Below are positions 17,657 to 26,410 of a stretch of 64,000 bases of DNA, in pieces (position 1 is the first letter of the stretch; each line of letters starts with the position of its first letter). The stretch comes from Alphaproteobacteria bacterium. Lineage in GTDB: Bacteria; Pseudomonadota; Alphaproteobacteria; RF32; CAG-239. Location of the stretch: positions 77,813 through 141,812 of the forward strand of contig JAZLAM010000022.1 of the NCBI GenBank assembly GCA_045613125.1, read 5' to 3'. Below the pieces are notes generated by a model. That model was not told the origin of the DNA. It saw only the letters and a list, made by a program, of their open reading frames with translations, and ran no database searches. The translations under genes were made by a program, and so were the position numbers.

Positions 17657-18478
17657 CTATAAACTCAAACTCTTAAGTAAAGCTATTTCTTCTTTCCAAC
17701 CGTTTAATTCATTAGGTGTTTCTAAAATAAAAGGCAAATGTTTTAATTTTGGATGATTGATAACATTTACAATTGCCTCAAGACCAATTGTTCCTTTACC
17801 GATTTGTTCATGCCTGTCTTTACGAGAGTTAAACGGCATTTTGCTGTCGTTAAGATGAATTGCTTTTAATTTGTTTAAGCCGATAATATTGTCAAATTGT
17901 TCTAAAACATTATCAAGCTTATTAACGATATCATAGCCGGCAGAATATATATGACATGTATCTAAACAAACACCAACTTTTTCTTTTAGGTGAACATTTT
18001 CCATAATTTGTTGAAGCTCTTCAAAAGTAGAACCTACTTCACTTCCTTTACCTGACATAGTTTCAAGTAAAATAGTGGTTGTTTGCATTGGTGTTATAAT
18101 TTTATTTAATAATGCAGATATTTTTTCAATGCCGATTTGAACACCTTGACCAACATGGCTACCCGGATGAAAATTGTAATAATTGTGAGGGATTAGTTCC
18201 ATACGTTTTAAATCATCAACAAAAACTAATTCGGCAAATTCGGCAGTATTGGGGTTATCTGAACAAGGGTTAAGAGTGTAAGGAGCGTGTGCTACAATTT
18301 TTTTATCAGGATAGATTTTCAAAAATTCTTTTATATCTTCCAAATCTAAATCTTTTGCTTTAGAGCCTTGCGGATTGCGTGTGAAAAACTGAAACGTATC
18401 AGCATCAATGGAAATGGCATTTTTTGCCATAGATACAAAACCTTTGGAAGAAGAAAGATGACAACCTAATTTAAGCAT
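17657..18478 (-). CDS. nfo: Endonuclease IV (AP endonuclease family 2)
   Basis: MLKLGCHLS...; motifs HAPYTLN, VCLDTCH and HLNDSK...RHEQIGKG. Confidence 0.85.
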   Translation of the reverse strand: MLKLGCHLSSSKGFVSMAKNAISIDADTFQFFTRNPQGSKAKDLDLEDIKEFLKIYPDKKIVAHAPYTLNPCSDNPNTAEFAELVFVDDLKRMELIPHNYYNFHPGSHVGQGVQIGIEKISALLNKIITPMQTTTILLETMSGKGSEVGSTFEELQQIMENVHLKEKVGVCLDTCHIYSAGYDIVNKLDNVLEQFDNIIGLNKLKAIHLNDSKMPFNSRKDRHEQIGKGTIGLEAIVNVINHPKLKHLPFILETPNELNGWKEEIALLKSLSL

Positions 18479-18606
18479 AAAAACTCCTTTCTGATATTAT
18501 ATTAACAGTATAATGACATAAAATAAAACATCTATATTTTTTTGCGTTTTATTAAAAAAAGACTTGTTTTAAAAAAATATTGATGTATAAGCAATGAATA
18601 GTATAT

Positions 18607-18683
18607 CGGATTGTAGTTCAGCCTGGTAGAACGCTTCGTTCGGGTCGAAGAGGTCGCTAGTTCGAATCTAGTCAATCCGACCA
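18607..18683 (+). tRNA. tRNA-Pro (anticodon CGG)
   Basis: CGGATTG acceptor stem, anticodon loop TTCGGGT, T-arm GGTCGCTAGTTCGAATCTAGTC, encoded CCA. Confidence 0.8.
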
Positions 18684-18690
18684 AATAAAA

Positions 18691-18716
18691 CCACCCTTCA
18701 GGGTGGTTTTTTGTTT
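18691..18716 (+). terminator. Rho-independent terminator after tRNA-Pro (CCACCCTTCAGGGTGG + T-run)
   Basis: Perfect 6-bp stem, 4-nt loop, TTTTTTG. Confidence 0.6.
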
Positions 18717-18773
18717 ACTTAATTGATTTTTATTGTTAAAGTATAAATCGTTTTATCATCAAGCGAGTTTCAA

Positions 18774-20627
18774 GTGACTAAAAAATTTCTATCAGAAAAT
18801 ACAGAATTAATGAAAGAATGGGATTGGGAAGCAAATGAAGGCTTAAATCCCAATGAAATTACATGTGGTAGTCATAAAAAAGTTTGGTGGAAATGCTCAA
18901 AATGTGGATATAAGTGGTGTCAAGCTGTTGTTGATATTTCTAGAAATAAAATAGAATCATGTTGTCCTGCTTGCACTAATAGGGTTTTAATAAAAGGAAA
19001 AAATGATTTAGCGACGATGTATCCTGAAATTGCTAAAGAATGGGATTTTTATAAAAATAAGGACTTAACTCCAAATAATGTAACATTCAAATATTGTAAA
19101 AAAGTTTGGTGGCTATGCCCTAAAGGACATAGATATGAACAACGTATTGACAATAGAACCCTAAGACACACTAGTTGTCCGTACTGTTCAAATACGTGGG
19201 TTTTGAAAGGTTTTAATGATTTAGCTACAATAAATCCTAATTTAGCTAAAGAATGGCATCCATCTAAGAATGGATGTTTAACTCCTTATGATGTTACAGC
19301 AAATAGCACCAAAAAGGTTTGGTGGTTATGTCCTGTCGGGCACGAATATATAAGAAGCGTACATCAAAGACATGCTGCTTATACTAATTGTCCCACCTGT
19401 GATTCTCGTAAACGTACATCTTTTCCTGAACAAGCTGTCTATTTTTATCTTAAAAAGCTTTATCCTGATGCCATTTCAAGATATAAGATAAATGAAACAT
19501 CAAGTATGGAGCTAGATATATATATTCCTTCTATACAATTTGCGGTTGAATACGATGGAGCATCATGGCATAAAACAGAAGACTGCCATAACCGTGAGAT
19601 AAAAAAATATCAATTTTGTAAAAAATACGGAATAACATTAATAAGAATAAAAGAACAAAATGGTATATATTGGGATGATGTCTGTGATAACATTTATTAT
19701 ATAAAACCAGTAAAACGTAATGATTTATTTGAATTAGAAAAAATTATCAATTATGTTTTAAATTCAATATGTTCATCTATTGATGATTTGCTAGAAGCGA
19801 CTAGAAGCAATATTAACCCTTTGGATTATTCTAAAAGCATACAGCATATTCCATTACCAAAGCCTTTTAAACTTTTTCGCCATAAAATAGATGTAAACAT
19901 AGAAAGAGATAAAAATGAAATTCAAGGATATGTGTTCAAAATTGAAAACTCTTTGGCAGATTTACGACCTGATGTAGCAAAAAAATGGAATTATGATAAA
20001 AATGGAAATTTAACACCTGAAATGTTTAGTGTTGGCTCAGAAGAAATAGTATGGTGGAAATGTCCCAAATGTGGGCATGAATGGAAAATTTCTATAAACA
20101 GCATGACAGGAAAGAAAAGAGGAAATGGATGTGCTATATGTGCAAAAATAGAAAGAGCACAGAAAAGCGTTATAACAAAAATTAAAAATGGAAATTCTTT
20201 AGCTGAGAAAAACCCACAAAAAGCAGAATTGTGGCATCCATCTAAAAATGGAAATTTAACTCCTTATGATGTTACAGCATGTAGTTCTAAACAAATTTGG
20301 TGGTTATGTAAAAAATGTGGATACGAGTGGCAAATGAGCCCTCATAATAGAAAGAAAGGACAAGGTTGTCCCCATTGTGCTGGTAAAGTTCCTTTAGTAG
20401 GTGTTGACGACCTAGCATCAACACATCCAAAATTAACCAACGAATGGAATTATGACAAAAATATCAATATTGCACCTCAAAATGTTAAAGCAGGAAGTGA
20501 TAGAATTGTTTGGTGGAAATGTTCAAAATGTGGCTTTGAGTGGCAAGCTGTTGTTAGATTTAGAGTAAAAGGCTTAGGTAAATGTCCTCATTGTTCTAAA
20601 AAACAATTGGATTTAGGCCTAGAATAA
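18774..20627 (+). CDS. Zinc-ribbon-repeat protein: 3x treble-clef zinc-ribbon (PF14311/DUF4379-like) + DUF559/Vsr-like endonuclease-fold domain + 3x zinc-ribbon
   Basis: Six repeats of W.(W/P/H).SKNG.LTP.(D/N)VT..S.K.VWW.C.KCG(Y/H)EW....R....GCP.C. The central block FAVEYDGASWHKTEDCHNREIKKYQFCKKYGITLIRIKE resembles the DUF559/very-short-patch-repair restriction-endonuclease-like fold. GTG start. Confidence 0.6.
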   Translation: MTKKFLSENTELMKEWDWEANEGLNPNEITCGSHKKVWWKCSKCGYKWCQAVVDISRNKIESCCPACTNRVLIKGKNDLATMYPEIAKEWDFYKNKDLTPNNVTFKYCKKVWWLCPKGHRYEQRIDNRTLRHTSCPYCSNTWVLKGFNDLATINPNLAKEWHPSKNGCLTPYDVTANSTKKVWWLCPVGHEYIRSVHQRHAAYTNCPTCDSRKRTSFPEQAVYFYLKKLYPDAISRYKINETSSMELDIYIPSIQFAVEYDGASWHKTEDCHNREIKKYQFCKKYGITLIRIKEQNGIYWDDVCDNIYYIKPVKRNDLFELEKIINYVLNSICSSIDDLLEATRSNINPLDYSKSIQHIPLPKPFKLFRHKIDVNIERDKNEIQGYVFKIENSLADLRPDVAKKWNYDKNGNLTPEMFSVGSEEIVWWKCPKCGHEWKISINSMTGKKRGNGCAICAKIERAQKSVITKIKNGNSLAEKNPQKAELWHPSKNGNLTPYDVTACSSKQIWWLCKKCGYEWQMSPHNRKKGQGCPHCAGKVPLVGVDDLASTHPKLTNEWNYDKNINIAPQNVKAGSDRIVWWKCSKCGFEWQAVVRFRVKGLGKCPHCSKKQLDLGLE

Positions 20628-20634
20628 CAGGCTA

Positions 20635-20784
20635 CTATTCTTTAGGTTTATCATCTTCCTTTTGTTTGCAGGGATGATTTTTCTCCATCCGCTTTTCAAT
20701 AATCTCTCCGCTTTCGAGCATTTCTAAATAATTTAATAAATCAGGCAAGATAATTTTAATTAATTTTTCTGTTTCTTTTGACAT
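20635..20784 (-). CDS. Small hypothetical protein (49 aa) inside the tRNA-Pro islet
   Basis: Encodes MSKETEKLIKIILPDLLNYLEMLESGEIIEKRMEKNHPCKQKEDDKPKE with a strong RBS (AAAGGAGA). Convergent with the zinc-ribbon gene. Confidence 0.25.
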   Translation of the reverse strand: MSKETEKLIKIILPDLLNYLEMLESGEIIEKRMEKNHPCKQKEDDKPKE

Positions 20785-21032
20785 TGTATCTCCTTTTTTA
20801 ATAATCAGACTTATACCAATGCTTGGAAAAATAAAAAAGTCAAGTTATAACCTAGTGGTCAGTGTATTTCATTGAAAAACAACAAAAATTTTTTTTACAA
20901 AACAAGTGGGCAGTAAATTTAGTCAACCCCATCAGTATGGATGAGAAAGTTCGACCACACATTCATAACACTTTGAAAAAGAATAAAAAATTTATATTGT
21001 TTAAAATACGGTATTTTTTTATAATTTAGGGG

Positions 21033-21048
21033 TAGTTAATCCGACCAA
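21033..21048 (+). repeat. Direct repeat of the tRNA-Pro 3' end (TAGTtAATCCGACCAA; attR-like), followed by a terminator-like hairpin
   Basis: 15 of 16 positions identical to 18669-18684. Followed by GCCACCTGTATGGTGG plus a T-run, mimicking the tRNA's own terminator. Confidence 0.5.
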
Positions 21049-21383
21049 CACAAGAAAGCCACCTGTATGGTGGTTTTTTTGTGTTGAATGCATTTGCATT
21101 AGGTTCGAACTAGCGAGAAAGCTAGTTTGCACTTCAAGCGAAAGGCACACGGGGTGTACCGGTCGGCAAAGCCGATGAGCGCCGAGCATGTAGCGAAGCG
21201 AAATAATCTGCTTAATCCGGACTAAATTTTACAAAACGCCAAAATCACATTCTTTTATTATCAATTTATTGTTATAATTGCATAATTTATAAAAATCTTT
21301 TTCTACTGATTTTTAGATAATTTCCCTCAAATTATTTGACTTTTACTTAAAAAAGTTATATTCAAAAATACAAGGAGTGTAAT

Positions 21384-21890
21384 ATGAAATTAAAGAAAAT
21401 TAGCACTGAAAAAGATGTGGAAATTGTTAGAAGTTTTTTCTATGATATATTTTGGGAAGAAGTTGATTACGATTTAATCCATTTCAAAGATTCAATAACC
21501 AAAAATCATAATTTTCAGCGTCTGGAATATTATTTAGGGTATGAAAACAATAATGTTGTTGGCATATCTGGTATATACGCAAATAATGCAAATGAATGTT
21601 GGTTAGGGTGGTTTGGTATAATACCGGAATATCGTCGCAAAGGCTATGCCTCAGCAATGATTAACTTGCAGTTAGAAATGATGAAAAATTACGGATACAA
21701 GCTATGTCGTCTTTATACTAATGAAGTTATCAATAAGGTTGCTGTGCAGTTGTATACAAAAATAGGATTTCAAAAAGATTCTGATTATGAAAATCATATA
21801 ATAACAATGTTTAAACCACTGAATGATGATACATATATTTCAAAGTGGCAAGGGATACCCTTAGGTTTTGTTCCGGAAGTGCCGATATAG
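21384..21890 (+). CDS. GNAT family N-acetyltransferase
   Basis: Motif A region RRKGYASAMINLQLEMM...LCRLYTN...AVQLYTKIGFQ. Confidence 0.7.
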   Translation: MKLKKISTEKDVEIVRSFFYDIFWEEVDYDLIHFKDSITKNHNFQRLEYYLGYENNNVVGISGIYANNANECWLGWFGIIPEYRRKGYASAMINLQLEMMKNYGYKLCRLYTNEVINKVAVQLYTKIGFQKDSDYENHIITMFKPLNDDTYISKWQGIPLGFVPEVPI

Positions 21891-22009
21891 TTCACAGATT
21901 ACAAGATGCCACTGTTCGACAAGTAATATCAGGCAGACGGAAGCACGCCGGTGTCTTAAGGCAGATGTAACGAGACTATAATGAAAATATAGGGAAAAGA
22001 AAATAAATA

Positions 22010-22125
22010 ATATTAACATGTAACTATCTGTTGCTGATATGAGTTCTAATGTTCAACATATACAAAAAGTAATTAAAGGAAGAAAAAAACATTAGAAATT
22101 GATATATATGGTCAGAATATTTTGT
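22010..22125 (+). pseudogene. Truncated duplicate of the 5' end of the 23786..24130 gene (ELSVADMS..NV.HIQKVIKGRKK)
   Basis: About 115 bp at roughly 90% identity to 23801-23915. The reading frame is broken by a 1-nt difference in the A-run (aaaaaaacattag vs aaaaaaaccattag). Confidence 0.45.
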
Positions 22126-22218
22126 AGTTTAGTTTTCAATGAAATTTTTTAAATGCTTAAATAATTTTTTTACTTTCCAAAGATTATGATTTTTTTAGCC
22201 GACATAAAGGAAAAAAAG

Positions 22219-22995
22219 ATGAGAAAATTCGGATTTAAATTTTTCAGTACTAATTTTCAACAAGCACCAGAAACTATCGTAGAGTGTGCAGAGATTGCGT
22301 CATCAAAAGAAGATATTTTTATGGAATTTACGGCTGTTGCGGTTACAACAGATGAAGAATTCAAGAAAATAAAAGCAGCCATAGGTAATATTGAAGTTCG
22401 TATCCATGCTTCATATGACGGATTTGATGCCTCAAATAGTGAATTATTTCAACAAAATAACAAAATTTTAGCGTCCGCACAAAAAGCTGCTGATATATTT
22501 GATGCCAAAACCATTGTTGTTCATGCCGGCTATGGGCATAGCAAAAAACATTTAGAAGAAGCTGCCAGACAATTTAAATTGTTTAACGATGAACGTATTG
22601 TAGTAGAAAATTTGCCGTATTATGATAATAACGGCGATGAAATGCTTGGCAATATGGCTGATGAAATTGCTTATATAAGAAATGAGAGTAAATGCGGTTT
22701 TTGTTTTGATTTTTCGCATGCCATATGTTCGGCGATTGCTCAGAAGTTGGATGTTGATAAATACTTACAAAGCTTATTTTTATTGAAGCCAACAGTTTAT
22801 CACATGTGTGATGGCAACATACCTGAAATGAAAGATTTACATTTGCATTTTGGTGAAGGAAATTATCCGCTTAAACATTATTTAAATGATTATACGGATG
22901 AAAATGCTTATATAACAATGGAAACAGGAAACGGTTTCGAACAGAGTAATGATTTAAGGTTAAAAGATTATAACTATTTGAAAGCAATGTTGTAA
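22219..22995 (+). CDS. Xylose-isomerase-like TIM-barrel protein (sugar-phosphate isomerase/epimerase, AP_endonuc_2 fold)
   Basis: IVVHAGY, VVENLPY, CFDFSHA, HLHFGEG. ATG at 22219 has an AAGGAAA RBS. Confidence 0.55.
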   Translation: MRKFGFKFFSTNFQQAPETIVECAEIASSKEDIFMEFTAVAVTTDEEFKKIKAAIGNIEVRIHASYDGFDASNSELFQQNNKILASAQKAADIFDAKTIVVHAGYGHSKKHLEEAARQFKLFNDERIVVENLPYYDNNGDEMLGNMADEIAYIRNESKCGFCFDFSHAICSAIAQKLDVDKYLQSLFLLKPTVYHMCDGNIPEMKDLHLHFGEGNYPLKHYLNDYTDENAYITMETGNGFEQSNDLRLKDYNYLKAML

Positions 22996-23134
22996 ATTTA
23001 AGCCTTTATAATATTTTGTATACCAGATAGCATAAATTTTGTTTTTTATATAAAATGTCGTTTTAAAAACGACCAATTTGATAAAAATAAATAGTAAAAC
23101 TTTTTTGTAATATTTTTTTATAAAGGAATGAGAT

Positions 23135-23728
23135 ATGAAAAAAAGTTTATTATTGGCAAGTGTTGCCTTTTCTATATTTACTACAAATGTTAATGCTATA
23201 GAACTAAAACTTTATATCGGTTTTGATTATGTATATTCTAATGCTTCAACAAATGATGTGGTGGTCCAAGATGTTTTGGTTGGAAAAGATTTATATGAAA
23301 ATAACTTTCATTCTTTAGGTATCAATATTGGTACTTCTATAAATGATTATTTTGACATTGAAGCTTTTTACCAAAAATCAGCGGATGCTGAAGGGGATGT
23401 TGTAGCTTTAGTTGATGGCTCAAACGTATATACCGATAAAATAAAAACAAGTTTCTATGCTTATGGTGTTGATGCTATCGGACATTTGCCGTTAAGTGAA
23501 AAATTTACTGCGATTGGTTCTGTCGGTCTAGGTCAATATGAATTTGAAATGAACGGATTTGGAGTAACAGCAAATGAAAATGGTTTAGGTGTTCGTTTAG
23601 GAATTGGTGTACAATACAAGATTAATGAACATTTTGCTCTTCGAACGATAGCGCGTCAAACTCTGCTGGATATGGATTCTGTTGATAATATGACAGATTT
23701 TTCGGTTGGTTTTAGATATAGTTTTTAA
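23135..23728 (+). CDS. Outer-membrane beta-barrel protein (OmpA-N/OmpW-like small porin family)
   Basis: Signal peptide MKKSLLLASVAFSIFTTNVNA; alternating amphipathic strands; C-terminal ...FSVGFRYSF ending in Phe. Confidence 0.6.
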   Translation: MKKSLLLASVAFSIFTTNVNAIELKLYIGFDYVYSNASTNDVVVQDVLVGKDLYENNFHSLGINIGTSINDYFDIEAFYQKSADAEGDVVALVDGSNVYTDKIKTSFYAYGVDAIGHLPLSEKFTAIGSVGLGQYEFEMNGFGVTANENGLGVRLGIGVQYKINEHFALRTIARQTLLDMDSVDNMTDFSVGFRYSF

Positions 23729-23785
23729 TAACATTAAAATGCGAAGCTATAATGAAAAATTGTAGCTTCGCTATAGGAAAAGAAA

Positions 23786-24130
23786 ATGACTAATATTAAA
23801 ATGGAACTATCTGTTGCTGATATGAGTGCAAATGTTCATCATATACAAAAGGTAATTAAAGGAAGAAAAAAACCATTAGAAATTGAGATATATGGTCAGA
23901 AAGTTTTGTTTGTTTATGATAATATTGAAATGCCTATATCTATAAAAGATATTAATACAAGTAATAATATAATACTTGCCAAGTATGTATTAATCAATCC
24001 ATTATCGCTATTTAGCTTAATTACAAAATATAAAAAGTATGATTTTTTTAAAATATCATTTGAAGATATAGGTTTAAGGATAATGATAGATAATACTGTT
24101 TTTAGCTTTTGTGCTAAAAAAGTTATGTAA
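23786..24130 (+). CDS. Hypothetical protein (its 5' part is duplicated at 22010-22125)
   Basis: 114-aa ORF; no motif recognised. Confidence 0.35.
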   Translation: MTNIKMELSVADMSANVHHIQKVIKGRKKPLEIEIYGQKVLFVYDNIEMPISIKDINTSNNIILAKYVLINPLSLFSLITKYKKYDFFKISFEDIGLRIMIDNTVFSFCAKKVM

Positions 24131-24237
24131 AATGTATTGATATAAAAACAATCATACGTTAGCATGTTCAGATAATGTTTAAACAGACCTGTTAGTTATT
24201 CAGATAATAAATATGAGTAGGTGTTAAAGGGTTTTAG

Positions 24238-24777
24238 ATGATTAATTTAATTAGTTTTTTTAATAAATGCAAAGATGAGAAAAATGACAATATATCTATA
24301 TTGCACGATTTAGTATCCGAAGCAAAAGTGTATGTGAAAAAGAATTTTTGCCCTTGGAAAGATGATGATTATCCCGAGGTAACAGAATTTTATCAAATAT
24401 CGTACGATGGTATTTTAGAAGATGAAGATTTAGAGCCAAGCTTTTCACAAATGCTTTTTAAGTTTATAAAACAACAAGGAATATCTGAAACAGATTGTTA
24501 TAAAAATGCAAATATTGATAGAAAATTATTTTCGAAAATAAGAAGCGATGATGAGTATCAGCCTAAAAAAACAACAGTTTTTGCATTTATTATCGGTTTA
24601 AAATTAAATTTAGATGAAGCAAAAAAATTATTGGAGTGTGCCGGATATTCTTTATCCCACAGTAAAAAACAAGACATAATAATAGAATATGCAATCAAAA
24701 AACAAATTTATGATATAAACATGGTTAATGAAATTTTATATACTTTAGAATGTCAAACTTTAGGTAGTAAAGAGTAA
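24238..24777 (+). CDS. Putative helix-turn-helix (XRE-like) regulatory protein
   Basis: FSQMLFKFIKQQGISETDCYKNANIDRKLFSKIRSDD...TVFAFIIGLKLNLDEAKKLL resembles a Cro/C1-type HTH. Confidence 0.4.
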   Translation: MINLISFFNKCKDEKNDNISILHDLVSEAKVYVKKNFCPWKDDDYPEVTEFYQISYDGILEDEDLEPSFSQMLFKFIKQQGISETDCYKNANIDRKLFSKIRSDDEYQPKKTTVFAFIIGLKLNLDEAKKLLECAGYSLSHSKKQDIIIEYAIKKQIYDINMVNEILYTLECQTLGSKE

Positions 24778-24808
24778 AATTTTCCAATAAGAATAATGTA
24801 TTATAAAA

Positions 24809-24833
24809 ATCCCCCTCATATTAATGAGAGGGA
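24809..24833. terminator. Bidirectional terminator hairpin ATCCCCCTCAT-ATTA-ATGAGAGGGAT + T-run
   Basis: Lies between the convergent HTH gene and thrS. A related hairpin occurs at 26382-26404. Confidence 0.45.
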
Positions 24834-24841
24834 TTTTTGTT

Positions 24842-26119
24842 TTATAAATCTAAGCTTCTGTTTCTTATTTTTTCAGACACTCGTTCCATAAAATCGGCAA
24901 GAGAAACATTGTTTATTTGCTTAGAGTTTCTTAATCGAACGGAGATATTGTTATTTTCCACTTCTTTATCGCCTACAATAACAATATATGGAATTTTTTT
25001 CTTAACAGCATCTCTAATTTGATAAGAAATCGTATTACCGGAAATATCAGCTTCTGCACGTATATCATTTTCTGACAATTGCTGTTGAATCTGAAGAGCT
25101 ACACTTTGGTGCCTGTCAGATATTGGCAAAATTTTAACCTGAACAGGTGATAACCAAACCGGTAATTTACCTTCGCATTGTTCCAGATAAACACCTATAA
25201 AGCGTTCGATAGAACCTAAAATTGCACGATGTAACATAATCGGCACATGCTTTTGTCCGTCTTCACCGATGTAGAACATTCCCCACTTTTCCGGTAAATT
25301 TAAATCAAGTTGTATCGTCATACATTGCCATTCTTTACCGTTTTTATCGATTGCTTTAACATCTATGGCCGGTCCGTAAAATTTTGCACCGCCGATATCT
25401 ATGTCATATGGAATGTTTTTATCTTTTAACACTTGTTCGACTGATTGTTCTGCCATCTGCCAAATTGGTTCATTATCAATATATTTATCTTTTTTGCTTT
25501 GCAAATCTCTGATAGAAAAATAAACTTTGAATTTATCATAACCAAAAACTTTATTGATGGCAAAACCGAAATCAAACACTTTTGAAAGTTCTTCCATAAA
25601 TTGATCTTGGCGACAGATGATATGTGCATCATCTTGCGTAATTGATCGAACACGTAACAATCCTTGCAAACCGCCGGATGCTTCATAACGATAAACATTT
25701 CCCAATTCGCAATATTTAATCGGCAACTCTTTATACGAGTGTATAGAAGAATTATAAATTGCCACATGAAAAGGACAGCTCATCGGTTTCACATAATAAG
25801 CGCCCTGCTCTTCTTTGTCTTTTAACGACATATCCATTAGCGGATACATACAATCGGCAAAATGTTCCAAATGGCCGGATTTTTCCCATAACTGTTTTAA
25901 TCCCACAACTGGAGAATATACATATTTATATCCGGCTTTTTGATGTTCTTTTTTCCAAAAAGATTCAATTTCGTTTCGTATAATTGCACCATTCGGATGC
26001 CATAAAGCCAGTCCGGAACCTATATAATCGTTGAAAGAAAATAAATCTAATTCTTTACCGATACGACGATGGTCGCATTCGGACACACTTTGTTTTTCAT
26101 CTATATTAATGTTATTCAT
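24842..26119 (-). CDS. thrS: Threonyl-tRNA synthetase-like, catalytic core + anticodon-binding domain only (lacks N-terminal TGS/editing domains)
   Basis: HRRIGKELDLF, LWEKSGHLEHF, KPMSCPFHVAIY, RVRSITQDDAHIIC (class II motifs of ThrRS). 425 aa versus about 640 for canonical bacterial ThrRS. AT-rich non-coding sequence lies upstream. Confidence 0.75.
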   Translation of the reverse strand: MNNINIDEKQSVSECDHRRIGKELDLFSFNDYIGSGLALWHPNGAIIRNEIESFWKKEHQKAGYKYVYSPVVGLKQLWEKSGHLEHFADCMYPLMDMSLKDKEEQGAYYVKPMSCPFHVAIYNSSIHSYKELPIKYCELGNVYRYEASGGLQGLLRVRSITQDDAHIICRQDQFMEELSKVFDFGFAINKVFGYDKFKVYFSIRDLQSKKDKYIDNEPIWQMAEQSVEQVLKDKNIPYDIDIGGAKFYGPAIDVKAIDKNGKEWQCMTIQLDLNLPEKWGMFYIGEDGQKHVPIMLHRAILGSIERFIGVYLEQCEGKLPVWLSPVQVKILPISDRHQSVALQIQQQLSENDIRAEADISGNTISYQIRDAVKKKIPYIVIVGDKEVENNNISVRLRNSKQINNVSLADFMERVSEKIRNRSLDL

Positions 26120-26410
26120 CTTTTTAACCTTTACTAAAATTGCTAAACTTTAAATATTAAATTGCTTGTACGGATATGAAATCCGGAAAATAAGAAATAT
26201 CACCGCTGTTTAAGCGGTGGTGGTGGTTGTGGTCAAGGTTAAAAACATACAAAAAGACGCAGAACTTTCATTCAAGTTCTGTTGAAAAGATTGTAAAAAA
26301 ATGTCTCTTTCGTTTAACATGGGTTCATACTTAACATAATTTTGAACTTTTGTCAATTTATTTTTATAAAAACAATAATTGTCCCCTCATATCATTGAGA
26401 GGGAGTTTCT

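Noticed and set aside
18685-21032. Prophage at tRNA-Pro
   Set aside because: There is no integrase and no capsid, terminase or tail genes. Only one nuclease-like gene and a small ORF are present. It is better described as a decayed integrative islet than a prophage.
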